Shown here: positions 40,301 to 51,884 of the stretch, piece after piece | Position numbering within the stretch: position 1 is the stretch's first letter | How the letters are laid out: each line of letters starts with the position of its first letter | Assembly (NCBI RefSeq): GCF_037042905.1 | Contig: NC_087251.1 | Span: 25,236,001-25,300,000 of the forward strand | Direction: 5' to 3' | DNA: 64,000 bases | Origin: Lytechinus pictus | Lineage: Eukaryota | Translations under genes and position numbers: made by a program | The notes under the pieces: model-generated | What the model saw: the letters and a program-made list of their open reading frames with translations, nothing else | Told to the model about the DNA's origin: nothing | The model's database searches: none

Positions 40301-43300
40301 ATAAGTCCAAACAAGAATAAACAAAATTGAAAGAAATAAATTGAAGTAAAATAAAAGATAGAAATATAAATGAAAATAAAGGAATAAACATCTTTTTACA
40401 TGTTTTCCATCATTACATACATGTAACAGTGTTCCAAGAAATCTGCTCTGAGTGTTTAAGTATCTTATTTAACAGAGGATACATTGTACACGTACATGTA
40501 GTTCTAGATTTGGGTTTATAGTCAATGCTAGATATAATAAGATCAAATGAGTTGGAATAAAATTATTTTATTTATACCTAAAACAATCTAGCACTGCCAA
40601 ATAACTGTGCCCACTATCTTCCACCATACCTAATTTCCTTTTCCTATATTCCTCATCTACAGCTAACATAGCAATGTAGCCTCGTCTGACCATCTTTTTG
40701 TGTACATCCAGCTTACACACAATAGCTCCTACACAAGTTGAACCATGCATAGCCTGTAAAGAAAATAAACAAAAATATAATTCAATACAAAGTTTAACTT
40801 TTGTATATACATGTACGTTTGGAGTCGGACTCTGGAGAATTACCGGTAAAAGTTTAAAGGGATGGTCCGGGCTGAAAGTATTTATAGCTTAATAAATAGA
40901 GTAGAATTTACTAAGCAAAATGCCGAAAATTTCATCAAAATCGGATAACCAATAACAAAGTTATTGAATTTCAAAGTTTAGCAATATTTTGTGAAAACAG
41001 TCGTCATGAATATTCATTAGGTGTGCTGATGATGTCACATCCCCACTTGTTCTTTTGTATTTTATTATATGAAATTAGGTTTATTCAAATTTTTCCTCCA
41101 AGAACTAGAAAAATTGGATTGACAACTGATTTAGTGCATTAGATATTTATTGCTGCAACTTATTTCATTATAAGGGAGACATATTATTCACACCAGTATG
41201 AAATAATGAAAAAAATCATGATTTTATGTAATAACATAAGAAAACGGAAAGTGGAGATGTGACATCATCAGCCCAGCTAATGAATATTCATGACGACTGT
41301 TTTCACAAAATATTGCTAAACTTTAAACTTCAATAACTTTATTATTTGTTATCCGATTTTGATGAAATTTTCGGCATTTTGCTCAGTAAATTCTACTCTA
41401 TGTATTAAGATATAAATATTTTCAGCCCGGACCATCCCTTTAATAAAAGTCAGAATTCAATGATACAGCATTTTTTTAATCGTTTATCCATTAGACAATT
41501 CATTTGTTTATCATTTCATCTGCTATTGAACAAATTGTACCATTCATTCATGATTTACACTGTATCTCTCAATAGGTTATTTAGTCCATCTATATGTATC
41601 AACATGTACAATATTTGTTCATTTAGTGTACATGAATTCCTATAATCATTCATTCATTCATACATTTACAAGTAATCACTCATGTTTTAACTTAAATTTC
41701 TTCCTACCTCCATGATTTAATCTATCAACTGCACATTTATCTAGTTGTGACACCCACCCTTTTCCTTTTTACCTTTGACCATTCCAAGGAGAACATTTCA
41801 AATCTAAAATGAATTAAATGATACATGCGTAATACATGTATAGACTCTTGAAAAAATAAACTTCTGAATAACAAACATGGTAAAGGTTTGAAAAGCAATA
41901 TGAAACAGCTACATAATTATGGTTGCTTGTATTCTCATGTAAATTTGTTTGCTTTATTTTATACTTTTTTCATAATCCAAATACCAACAATAATGGAAAG
42001 GGAAATGTCCTAAAAGAAAACATGTTATTCTCCCTCTGCACTTAGAACTTTCTAGACAAGAGAAAAGCTGTCCAAAATGACAAGAATGCAATATTTATTT
42101 TGCACATGCACCCAGCTTAATCACATACATGTATTATGAATTATCTAAATGATAAATAATTTTAGAACCACATTCATGGGATGACTTAGCAAGCATCTGA
42201 AAGCAGGTCACTCAAATGAGAAGAAACACAAGATCCAGTCCACACTGAAGCGACCACGAAGTACACATTTTATGCAAATGTATGCGTACCAATGACGAGG
42301 ATAGATTGCACGATGCGAGCAGTTTCCTGATATCATTTCTGTCTTTCATGATACATTACATGAATGTGAGACAGGGATCAGTGCAATCTACATTAGTCTT
42401 TGTACAGTAGCCTCAAAATACTTTCCTTTAATTATATATTATACAAAGCGATTACAAATTAAGAAGTACAAAACATTGTCCATTTACATGTAGATTGGAT
42501 TAAGTTCATAGAATCTAGGTATGTTGGAAATAAAAAATGGTTAGACATGTACCCAAAAGGCCGCAAAATACATTGATAATTTATGTGGGTCTGTGAATGA
42601 AGTCTGAAAATATAGGTACTCTGTACATTACATGTACTGTGGTTGTAACTCACAAACTTAACATTTTCTCAAGAAATAATAATAAAATCCTATCATTATA
42701 TTTCAATCAAACTTTAATGAAGCTAATCTGACATGAAACTGTACACCATACAGGGGAGGTGCTACATGTATGGGGGGGGGGGGGGGTGGGCGGGTAACCC
42801 ACTTGCCCATGATATTCGAAGTGGTGAAAAAAAGGGGAGTATACAAAAATATAAAGAGAGAGGTCTTATTACTGTGTATATGTACTCAATTGAGTGACAT
42901 AGGGAAAAAATGGTGTCTTAAATTCTACATGCACCTGCCAACCCCCCCCCCCCACCCTCCGAAACCCCATCAAACATTGAAATAATCTGGTGTCACTCCT
43001 TTGTAAATTAAAATTACCTCTGTGTTCTTAATCTTATATTCTTATTTTCATGGCTATGTTGTGCTTTTCTTCTTTTTTTTTCATTGTTTTTCTATATACA
43101 TGTAGATCCTCTTGTTTCATCAAAATAGTTTCCCTAGTTTTATTCTGTTTTAAGATGGAATGGCCATCCTACACATTTACATATACATGTAATCATTTCA
43201 ATCAAAAATTCAGTAATTCACAATTATAATTATTTCATCAAAAAATAATATCTCAAACCTATCCTAAACCAAATGTGCATAAGGTAGAAAATTCAATGTC

Positions 43301-46300
43301 TGTTCTTTCCTCCTTCAAAATGTTGTTTCTTTTACGGCCATGCGTCTCACCCTACAAAAAGGTGTTGTTACGTTTTTACAATTTTCATTCGGTTTTAACA
43401 TACGATATCTCGTTTGAACAGAGAGATATTGTCATGAAATTGGTATCATTTTAAAGCTAAATATAGACTCTATTATGTCTGAAAAAAATTAGTGCAATAG
43501 CACATAAATTCGCGACACCACGACAGAGGTACACACAAAGTCTATAAAGAAGTCATGTTTCATATTATAAACATTCATGAATAAATTTGGTATTCCGGGA
43601 GCTTAAGACTTAATTTTGGTCTCATTTTAAAGCTTGAAGTGAGTAATATGATAATACAACTCTTTACAATTTATTTCAATTACCGGTAATTAATTTCAAT
43701 CATGGTACCGATAACAAATGAGAAAAAAACTAAAATTAAAAAACACCCCAAAATTCTCGCAAAGGAACAATTTATGACACGATTTTCGGCTGTATGGAGA
43801 CATATGAAATTGGTGTCATTTGAAAACCGAGTATAAGCTGTAGGGGTGATAGAATAAGCTTGCATATTATCAATTTGAGTCAGTTTACTTAATAAAATGA
43901 ATAAGGTGGTGGAAGCGGTACAGATGACATGCAACTCTAGATGGGATTGTTGTTGAACATGCATAAGTGTAACTTTAGTTCTCAGGGGACTGGACCTTTG
44001 ATTTTGGTCTCTTTTACAGCTAAAAATGATAATACACCTCTATATAAAATTATTAATTATGAGAAATTTAAGGTAAAAGTATTTCAAAATGTTGGATTTC
44101 GATATTTGAAATCTGCATATCAAAAAAATTAGCTTGATAGAATTATTGAATCCCCTCATATTATACAGTGCGTATAAAAAAAACGGGACAGTTTTGAAGT
44201 CTATAAAAAATTTGTTTCAAATTAAGATATCTATATTTTGATGTTAATAGATGTTCTGAAATCTTATCTTTGAAATGCCATTTAAAAAAATAAATTTTAT
44301 TAATGCTTGAGCGAACACAGGACGTTTTTGTCAGGGGTTCAAGAAGAGGCTTGCCCCAAAATGGCAGAAATGAGAAATTTGATTATCAGACTTTTTGCTA
44401 ATCAGCAGACTTCCTCTTAACCTTTTCATTATCTTTGCCATGATTTTCGAATTAAGCTGTCAAATTTCATTTACAAATTTATTTATTTACTTGAATTATT
44501 TAGTTTTTTCATTAAAACTTCTTTAACCTTTGAATTTCCTTCATAAGCAAGAAAAGAAGACTTTTTATCAACCCAAGCAAGAAGATTTGCATTATTAATT
44601 GGGAGAACTTGTAATAATTCAAATCATATTTTATAATGTGAAATAAATTATGTTAGGGTACCTTTAAAAAACATGAACCCTATTTTCAAGGGTTATTGAT
44701 TCCTTGACCAATTTTAATTATGTGCTTGACAGGGAAAACAGGAAAGGATTCATGTCTTTCAATGGCAATGGTGTATTGAGTCAATTTTGAAGGAGCTAGA
44801 TATGGCAGATCAGATAAAATGTATTTAAAAAGTTGTGAGCGAGCGAAGCGAGCAAGCAAAAATTTCTACTTTTTTATTTAAAAAATATCAAATTTTGTGA
44901 TAGATTTTGACATAATATTCAGAAAATAAATCATATTTCACTTTCTATCTTTCCTTTTATTTCCCTTCCACTTTTTTTTATTGGGGGGAACATCCCGAGC
45001 CCCCGCCCATCTGTATGCCACTGTTCAAAGGCACCATAAATTTTTGTAGCACGCAATGAAAGGATTTGAGAAAAAAAAATACACGCTCTCCCATGCTTCG
45101 GTTGAAAAATTTTTGTTTTTGATTAAAGAATATTGAAAGCTAAAAGAGAACATAAAAAGAAACAACAACAGAACAATTCAAGCAAATAAACAGATTTGAA
45201 AATGAATTTTGACCGCATAATTCGAAAATGATGGCAAAGATAATGAAAAGGTTAAGAGGAAGTCTGCTGATTAGCGAGAAGTCCGATCATCATATTTATC
45301 TATTTATGCCATTTTGGCACAAGCCTCCTTTTTAACCCCAGACAAAAACATTCCGTGTTCGCTCAAGCATGAACGAAACTAAATTTTTTTAATGGCATAT
45401 GAAAGATAAGACTTCAGAGCACCTATTAACACCAAAATATAGACATCATAATTTGAAACAAAATTTTTATAGACTTTTTAAATCTGTCCCGTTTTTTTTA
45501 AATACGCACTGTATATCATTTGAAAGGGAATTTCATGAGTAATACAAATCTGAGAACTAATTATTGATACGGGCAAAGAGGAATGGATGTCTAAAATAAA
45601 TCATTGTGGGTCCTAAAAATTTAAACATCTTTATTCATAAAATGTGAGCATTTTACCCTACTTCATTTTTTTAATGCCATTTTTGGAATCCTCATGAAAT
45701 TTCCTTTCAGAAAAAGTGTATGGATAGGGTAAATATTTTCAAAGTTATGACCATTTTTATACCGATATGTGCGCTATCATTAGATTTGGCAACGAATAAC
45801 AAATGGGGCAATTTCAAGACAAATGGCCTTACATTTTCTGGTCAAAAAACTAAAAGGGGTCAAAAAACTAAAAGGCGTTCCTTTCTTTACCTGAGAAAAG
45901 ATTCACTTTTATGTATTATTCAGTATTCATAAGATATTTCATAATGTGACAAGAGTTTTATAAACAATGTGTGTCTCTGACCTGATACCAGTAATTAAAA
46001 TAATTATATTGTAAACAAATTTTGATTTCTTGACATCATTAAAATCTAAAATCTGTGTCAGACAAACTGAAGTTTGAAAGGTTAAAAAAGAATCTCCTAT
46101 GCATAACAAAGCCTCAACACATGCCACATTTATACTCAATCTGAAGGAATTAGAAAATGAATGAATACAATACTTACCAAGAAACATAGATTTGGCCAAT
46201 TGTGGATGAAATATCTGTAAGTGTATATGGAGTAAGGCTCTGATAAGTCCTTTGTTATTAGTCTTATGATATCAGGCATTTGCAGTTCTGATTCATAGGG

Positions 46301-46972
46301 TACTAATCTTACACAGCTATTTGAATCATCTAGTGGTATTGTATCAATGTCTTCATCATTGGGAGGAAGCTTTGTAAGGGCATAGTGGTAGTCTTCATGA
46401 TAACCAAGGACAAAGTCTGATAGTGAGGATGGCAGTTCCAAGTCAGCATCATCCTCATCATCGTCTGAGTTGCATTTTGCATCCGTGAGCGACTCGTCTA
46501 TATCACCATCCTGGCACGCTGCATCCGAAGGCACATCAACAACTGTGTGGGAGTGTTCCATCTGGGGGGCAATGCCATCCTGCACTCCTAATTTCTCAAC
46601 CATTTGCGTAAGAGCATTCAAAGGTTCACTGATCACATGATTGTGACTTTGATGATTAAGATGGTTGTCGGATTGACAAGTCCTCTTTGATTCTTTGGTA
46701 GTGGTTTTACTTTCAACAAACTTTGTTTCAACCTTATCATCAAGTTCATGGATCCCATTACTACTTGCTCTATCTTTTCGTCGTCCTTGACGTTTTTTCC
46801 CTCTACTTTTCTTGGATGAAGTTTGATGATTGAGGGTGTCCTCTCTGTTTTTTAAGTGATCATTTCCAAAGTTCTCTGCTACATGTACTCTTTCTTGCCC
46901 ATTTCTGTTGACCTCTGGTGACCCACCTTTGCTTTCTAAGCACACCAGAGGGGGTTCTGCAGCTGCTGCCAT
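37198..46972 (-). CDS. NAA30: N-alpha-acetyltransferase 30 (NatC catalytic subunit, MAK3); whole spliced CDS, 4 coding exons, 370 aa
   Basis: complement join(46178-46972,40630-40753,39098-39153,37198-37335) = 1113 nt, GT-AG introns, consistent phases. Diagnostic [82 protein letters not shown]. Confidence 0.96.
37666..38259. mobile_element. Kolobok-like MITE family C
   Basis: TTAA|AGGGGAATCCAGCC...GGTTGGATTCCCCT|TTAA. Confidence 0.9.
38270..38590 (-). mobile_element. tRNA-derived SINE, related to 22032 and more diverged
   Basis: - strand tRNA-like head (tggtgtagcg...tttgaatcc), core ACTCTCCACCCAGGTG...ATGAGTACC. Confidence 0.7.
39098..39153 (-). CDS. NAA30: NAA30 coding exon 3
   Basis: ctacag|GT TCA...GAG|gtgaat; [19 protein letters not shown]. 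Confidence 0.95.
39498..39964. mobile_element. Tc1-like MITE interrupted by a Merlin/MULE-like MITE
   Basis: TIR CAtTtGTGCTCAAAAGTTAGTGAACC / GGTTCAATAACTTTTGAGCACCACTG|TA. Confidence 0.75.
39696..39926. mobile_element. MITE with GG..CC termini and 8-bp TSD (Merlin- or MULE-like)
   Basis: TIR GGTTTCATGACATTTGCTC / GAGCAAATGTCGTGTCACC; perfect TSD ATTTTCTT. Confidence 0.8.
40630..40753 (-). CDS. NAA30: NAA30 coding exon 2
   Basis: tttacag|GCT...TTA G|gtatgg; [41 protein letters not shown]. Confidence 0.95.
40858..41439. mobile_element. Kolobok-like MITE family D
   Basis: TTAA|AGGGATGGTCCGGGCTGAAA...TTTCAGCCCGGACCATCCCT|TTAA; near-perfect TIRs of about 185 bp; copy at 55284. Confidence 0.95.
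44166..45511. mobile_element. Tc1/mariner-type MITE with TIRs of about 300 bp
   Basis: TA|CAGTGCGTATAAAAAAAACGGGACA ... TGTCCCGTTTTTTTTAAATACGCACTG|TA. Confidence 0.9.
44790..45023. mobile_element. Partial hAT-like MITE end (...TATGCCACTG) inside the Tc1 MITE
   Basis: Same terminus as 13180-13471; GAGCGAGCGAAGCGAGC motif. Confidence 0.55.
46178..46972 (-). CDS. NAA30: NAA30 first coding exon (long acidic, probably disordered N-terminus plus start of GNAT domain)
   Basis: ATG at 46972; acceptor places the exon start at 46992; donor TTG|gtaagta at 46178. Confidence 0.93.
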
Positions 46973-47674
46973 TGTCTACATCAAGTCTCTACCTAATGAG
47001 AAAAGAGAAACAGTTCTGAGAATTCAACCATAATAACAGGTTTGTCTTTATGGTAAAGATGGAAGTAGCCCCCCAAAAAACAGAACTATCCAAAGTAACT
47101 TGTTGATGACATATAAATTTGATGATTATATTTCTGTGGAATAGACCAATCATGCAAGATCATGTGGTCACGATTATTAATATGGAAGTGTACATTATAG
47201 CTTTTGTCCTTTCATGCCAAGGATGACTCTGAGCTCTTCAAATCTAGCTGGCAGTGCTGGCTCGCACACTTACTGAATATAGTTTCACAAGGGGTGGATT
47301 GATATGGTCTTTTGCTTTTAGAAGTGATTCGGTCATGAATTGCAGATGTCACTACATGTATTTCATTCTGAACTAAATGTACTTGTAATTACCCTTTCAT
47401 TTGAAGTAAGTTCTGGCAGCTCTACACCTTTTTCCTGGAATTTTATAACACACCACTTATGGAGCAGCTGCTCATCTGTGACGTCACATAACCAAAACTT
47501 TAAAAATTAATAAATCTACATTGAACGGAATCATCAAATGTTCACCAATATTTTTCTCCAATGTTTCTGCTTTTACTGAAGCCAACTTATTATCAAGGCA
47601 AACTTGACCTTTAACAAGTGACAGAGAATTAAAAAGAGTATGGAACTAAATAAATATTTTCCAGATTAGATCTG

Positions 47675-48440
47675 CGGCCGTATTCTGAAATATGTCTTAA
47701 GAGAAATATTCTTGTATCTTTAGAGTTACAATAAAATCTGTATTCTGAAAACTCTTGTATCTTTTCTTGTAAAGTTTCTTGTAACTTTCACTAAGCGCTT
47801 ATGACGTCAGAGTTACAATGATGCGTAAAGTAAAAAAACGGCGCATATCTCTGTGGGCAAGATAACATATCGAGATAAAAGGTATTCTGAAAATTCTCTC
47901 ATCTTTGCATTCTGTTAACTTTCTTGCAAAAATACAAGAGGTAGGGGGCTATCGAACTTAATGTTTTTTAATAATGCGATATTTCTCACTCAACAATAAC
48001 AATTTCTTGCTGCATCCTGCAAGATTATAATGTTTTACAAAAGGAGACATTATAACGACGGATTGGTAGACTTTTCAGCAATTGAAAATTGGCATTCGAG
48101 ATGATGAATCTTTTCAGAGAAAATATGACTCTGAGAAAAGCCACGTGCATTTTAGCACTGTAGCGTACAAGCATAAGCGTCGGTAGCGCAAAGGAAATTA
48201 CGCCGCACGTCAACAATGCGCTTAATTATTTTTTAGAAGGGACGCTTCTATTCGTTGACCGAAGCATATAAAGTGTTTAATGATTGGTTGATGAAAAATA
48301 TTAGGCATGTCAGAGATAAAATAGGGGACGTCCTAACAAAGATAAGACAATTTTCAGAATACCAATTTAAGAGAAATTTTAGCAAGCTGTTATCTTGCTG
48401 AGTTACAAGAAAAGTTAAGACAATTTTCAGAATACTACCC
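47675..48440. mobile_element. Harbinger-like MITE
   Basis: CTG TSD on both sides; TIR core GTATTCTGAAA / TTTCAGAATAC, also repeated internally. Confidence 0.75.
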
Positions 48441-48869
48441 CTGGTAATAATGGTATCTAATAAATTGGGTTTTGAAATGATATATCAAGCCTGATTCGGC
48501 TGTTCAATACATGTATGTAACGCCTCCAAAAATTCAACAAGCGCCACCATTCCATATGGCTAACTTATTTCGCAAGCCAGAACAGATAATCACAACATAC
48601 ACCAAACACATTGTATTGTTACAACTTACATACACAGGCACTATCAATTACCGTCCTGATTTCAACTCTAAATCCTCTTTATTAAGTCAAATTTTGCCCT
48701 TAAAAATGCAGCATATTGCCAGAGAATGCGGGGGCTTAGCTCAGATTTCAGAAGCGGGTTGCTTGGCGATACATTTCAAGATTTCATGAAATAATGAAAT
48801 GGAAGATGACATTAAGTAGACAAATACATTTTTTAAAAATAAATTCAAATTCAATTTTGTGAAAAGACA

Positions 48870-49004
48870 TTTTAGAACGAAAAATATTGCAGAAAAGCAA
48901 CGTCTGTTATTTTTTATCCGATTTTGATCAAATTTTCAGCATTTTGCTCTGGGAATTTTACTCCATTAATTAAGAAATAAATATCTCCAGCCTTGACCAT
49001 CCCT
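48870..49004. mobile_element. Partial Kolobok family D right end
   Basis: ...tccgattttgatcaaattttcagcattttgctc...GACCATCCCT|TTAA. Confidence 0.7.
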
Positions 49005-49361
49005 TTAATTTCTTATCATATTAGCTCTATAATCTTAATCATAACCTCTTTCGAGTTCGAGATAGGCTCCAGAGCCCTTTGAAGATTACAGCAGATGATG
49101 AATTCATCATAATTGTTAAATCTGCTCCTAAAATGCTAAATCAACATTTGGTATTCCATAACTTACAGATCAATGTAAAAAACATGAAAAAAAAAAGTTT
49201 TTGAGTGTATTCTCATGATTCTTATTTCTTATCATGAATCATGCTTATTTATTAGCTCTAATCTTAATCATAACATTAATAACAACCTCCTCATTAGTGA
49301 TTTGTGCATTCAATTCATCAATTGTTAAATCTGCTCCTGAATCAATCTTGATTCATGAAGT

Positions 49362-50032
49362 ATGGCAGTGAGTCCAAACTTCGCGCGTGTCCATACTTCG
49401 CGGAGGGTCATCTAAAAAACTAGCCAATATCCTTAAAATCTGACATCATCAACGTGAAAAGCGACCTAAAATTACCTTTTGGTGTAAGTTTCTTTAGGAT
49501 GAGTTCAGTATTCATGAAAATATTAGCAAAAGATCGGCAAATTTGTCACCGTTAGCGCCCGTTTTGAAGAAATCTGATATTCTCAACAAGCATCACGATA
49601 GTCGATATCACCATTTTGCAAGCAGAAATCATCAAAAATGTGAGTTAAATGTGGTACTAACCGATTCTAGACTATAGGCTATAGCATTTTGCCATCAATC
49701 TGATATAAATATTTCACTTTTTGAGCTTGAGTTTTTGTTTAAATGTCCACAAAAACTTAGGTCCGCGAAGTTAGGTCACACTTTTTCTGAACGCTTTTCC
49801 AGCACAGCGCGCATTCGCCGATCAGAATATTATTTTGAGATCTCGATACCGGCGAATCCCCTTGACCTACTTTACATTTTCGTCCATGATATTATAGTTT
49901 ACGATCTTGCCGTCAATGTGGTAACTATTTCTTGAATTGGTTTTGTATAAACTATAAATTATGAATATTTTGTGAAAAATTTAAGCCTGATGAATATTTT
50001 TGAAAAGTGTGCGAAGTTTGGACACCCCATCA
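49362..50032. mobile_element. Unclassified TIR element
   Basis: Inverted ends GTCCAAACTTCGCGC / GTGCGAAGTTTGGAC; boundaries approximate. Confidence 0.6.
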
Positions 50033-50398
50033 TATAGGCTACAGTACACACCATCAATTTAACTCACACTTATCGCGATGACAACAGATATACAGTAGCC
50101 AGTGATTTGGCTCATGTGCCATTCCCTTACATATATCAAGGAATCGTGATACCCCTATTCAACTTGTATACTTAGGAAGTTGAACGAACTGGCAATAGAA
50201 ACGGCCTATCGATCTGTTGAGCGAGACCTCTCTGTGCAGCTGTGTGTCGCGACTTCATCAATCTTGATTGGGATTCCTCACACTCATTCTTTACTCACAT
50301 AGATCCACAATTTACTTTGATTAACACTGACTCAGGTCTCAAACGACAGCAACATCACGTATCAGAAAGAAAAACGCAAAACAAACCTGTAAACTCAC

Positions 50399-50470
50399 CA
50401 GAAAACATGAAGAAATCAAACATCAGTTTGCACCTAAAAATTGATCCCCTAGCTCGCGCTGCCGTCATAT
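50399..50470 (-). other. NAA30: Probable non-coding first exon / TSS region of NAA30
   Basis: Strong donor TG|gtgagt at 50399 in a CpG-containing unique patch. The first coding exon begins with an acceptor, so an upstream exon is expected. The 5' boundary is approximate. Confidence 0.5.
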
Positions 50471-50695
50471 CATATACATTTTGCAGCTCAAAGAAGCTCA
50501 AGCCTGGGATGGAGTACCGTATATACCACGTACATGACATACGGTATACCGTACGTGTTATCATACCGGGTAAATGCTCTGCGCTGATAATGTTGCAAGA
50601 AAATTCAAGCATCAGTCGGGGCATCAGTCAAAAATCAAGGCGATGTGGGGGGGGGGGGGGGTGGTAGTGATAATGATTATGATGATGATGAACAG

Positions 50696-51159
50696 CAGTA
50701 GCGTACACAGGGGGGGGGGGGGATACAGGTGTTCAAACCCCCTTTAACTTTTTTGATACTCAAAACCCCTCCCTCATATATATTTTTTTAAACTTTTCAT
50801 TCAGCTTGAACTATCCCCTTTCAAAAATCCTGGGGGCCGATTGCACGAAAAGGTCTTTGCAAGGACCGTCTTTCGTGTCGCCCATTTTTTATGATGCGCC
50901 ATGTGAAACGCATTTCAAATAAATTATCTGCAAACATATTTTATTCGTCCGTTAAAATAAACAAAATATTTGTTTATAAAATGATGTGATATCTCACAAA
51001 ATTGTATAAAATTTGATTTAAAAGCAAGCTTACGAATTGTATTTGTTTATCATAAATTTCAGAAACACCCCGCTAATAGCGCATCATAAAAGATGGGCGA
51101 CACGAAAGACGGTCCTTGGAAAGACCCTTTCGGGCAATCGGCCCCTGCGTACGCTACTG
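50696..51159. mobile_element. hAT-type MITE interrupted by a Harbinger MITE
   Basis: TIR CAGTAGCGTAC / GTACGCTACTG; TSD ATGAACAG / ATGAACAT. Confidence 0.85.
50833..51144. mobile_element. Harbinger-like MITE
   Basis: TIRs of about 65 bp (GGGGCCGATTGCACGAAA...), CTG TSD. Confidence 0.85.
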
Positions 51160-51656
51160 ATGAACATCATTGTATAGCGCCATTTATCTGTAAAAATATT
51201 CAAAGGAGGCAGTGGACCGATTACCTCCAAAATGTTCCCAATCAAAGGAGTAGCTATAGGGTGCAAAAGATGGAAAGGGTGATGTGAAGGTCAGGGTTGG
51301 GCTAAATTACTTTCTTCAATTACAATTGCAATTGCACTTACGTAATTGAAGAAATGTTCAATTACAATTACCTTTCAATTAAATTACAATTTTTTTCAAT
51401 TACAATTACTAATTACTTTTGTCAATTACAATTACAATTAATTACTTGAAAGTCATAAATCAGATCAATTAATATTTTGTATGTATAGCGCAAGGTATAG
51501 CGCCACCCACTTTGTGCAGTTCTTTAAGCTCTTTTCTCCCTATCATGGAAAATGATACAATTTCATGAAGAGAGCACTAGTAGCTAATTAAGGGAATAAA
51601 GCAATCCAGAGTAAATTGAATAATAAATTAAGTAATAAAGTAATGTAATTGAATGT

Positions 51657-51804
51657 CACCTTACCTGTTACCTATAGTCCAGATGCCTATAGTGGCACAT
51701 AGGGCCCGGGCCACCGAACGTCTCCACCATTGCCTATCAGAGGCCACAGCTCTGGCTTCTGTCCATGTCCTCCATCCAGCCAGGGTCCTTTTTTCTTTTT
51801 TTTT
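51657..51804 (-). mobile_element. RTE-clade LINE 3' fragment
   Basis: - strand reads GWRTWTEARAVASDRQWWRRSVA..LCAT; short repeat tail ggtaacaggtaag; ATTGAATGT on both flanks. Confidence 0.75.
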
Positions 51805-51884
51805 ATTGAATGTAATCAAAAGTAATTGAATGTAATATAAGTCAATTACAATTTCTCAAATTCAATTACAATTACTTCCCCTTT

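Larger units (their letters stand above)
43336..45881. mobile_element. MULE-like non-autonomous element with nested insertions
   Basis: GG..CC termini; near-duplicated flanks tttcttttac / tttctttac; dispersed internal motif TGGT(A/G/C)TCATTT(T/G)AAA. Confidence 0.6.

Noticed and set aside
49008..49340. Imperfect local duplication (~215-bp period)
   Set aside because: Real but degenerate AT-rich intronic duplication with no further signal
50242..50667. 141-aa and 89-aa overlapping ORFs
   Set aside because: No recognisable domain; they overlap the presumed NAA30 promoter and exon 1
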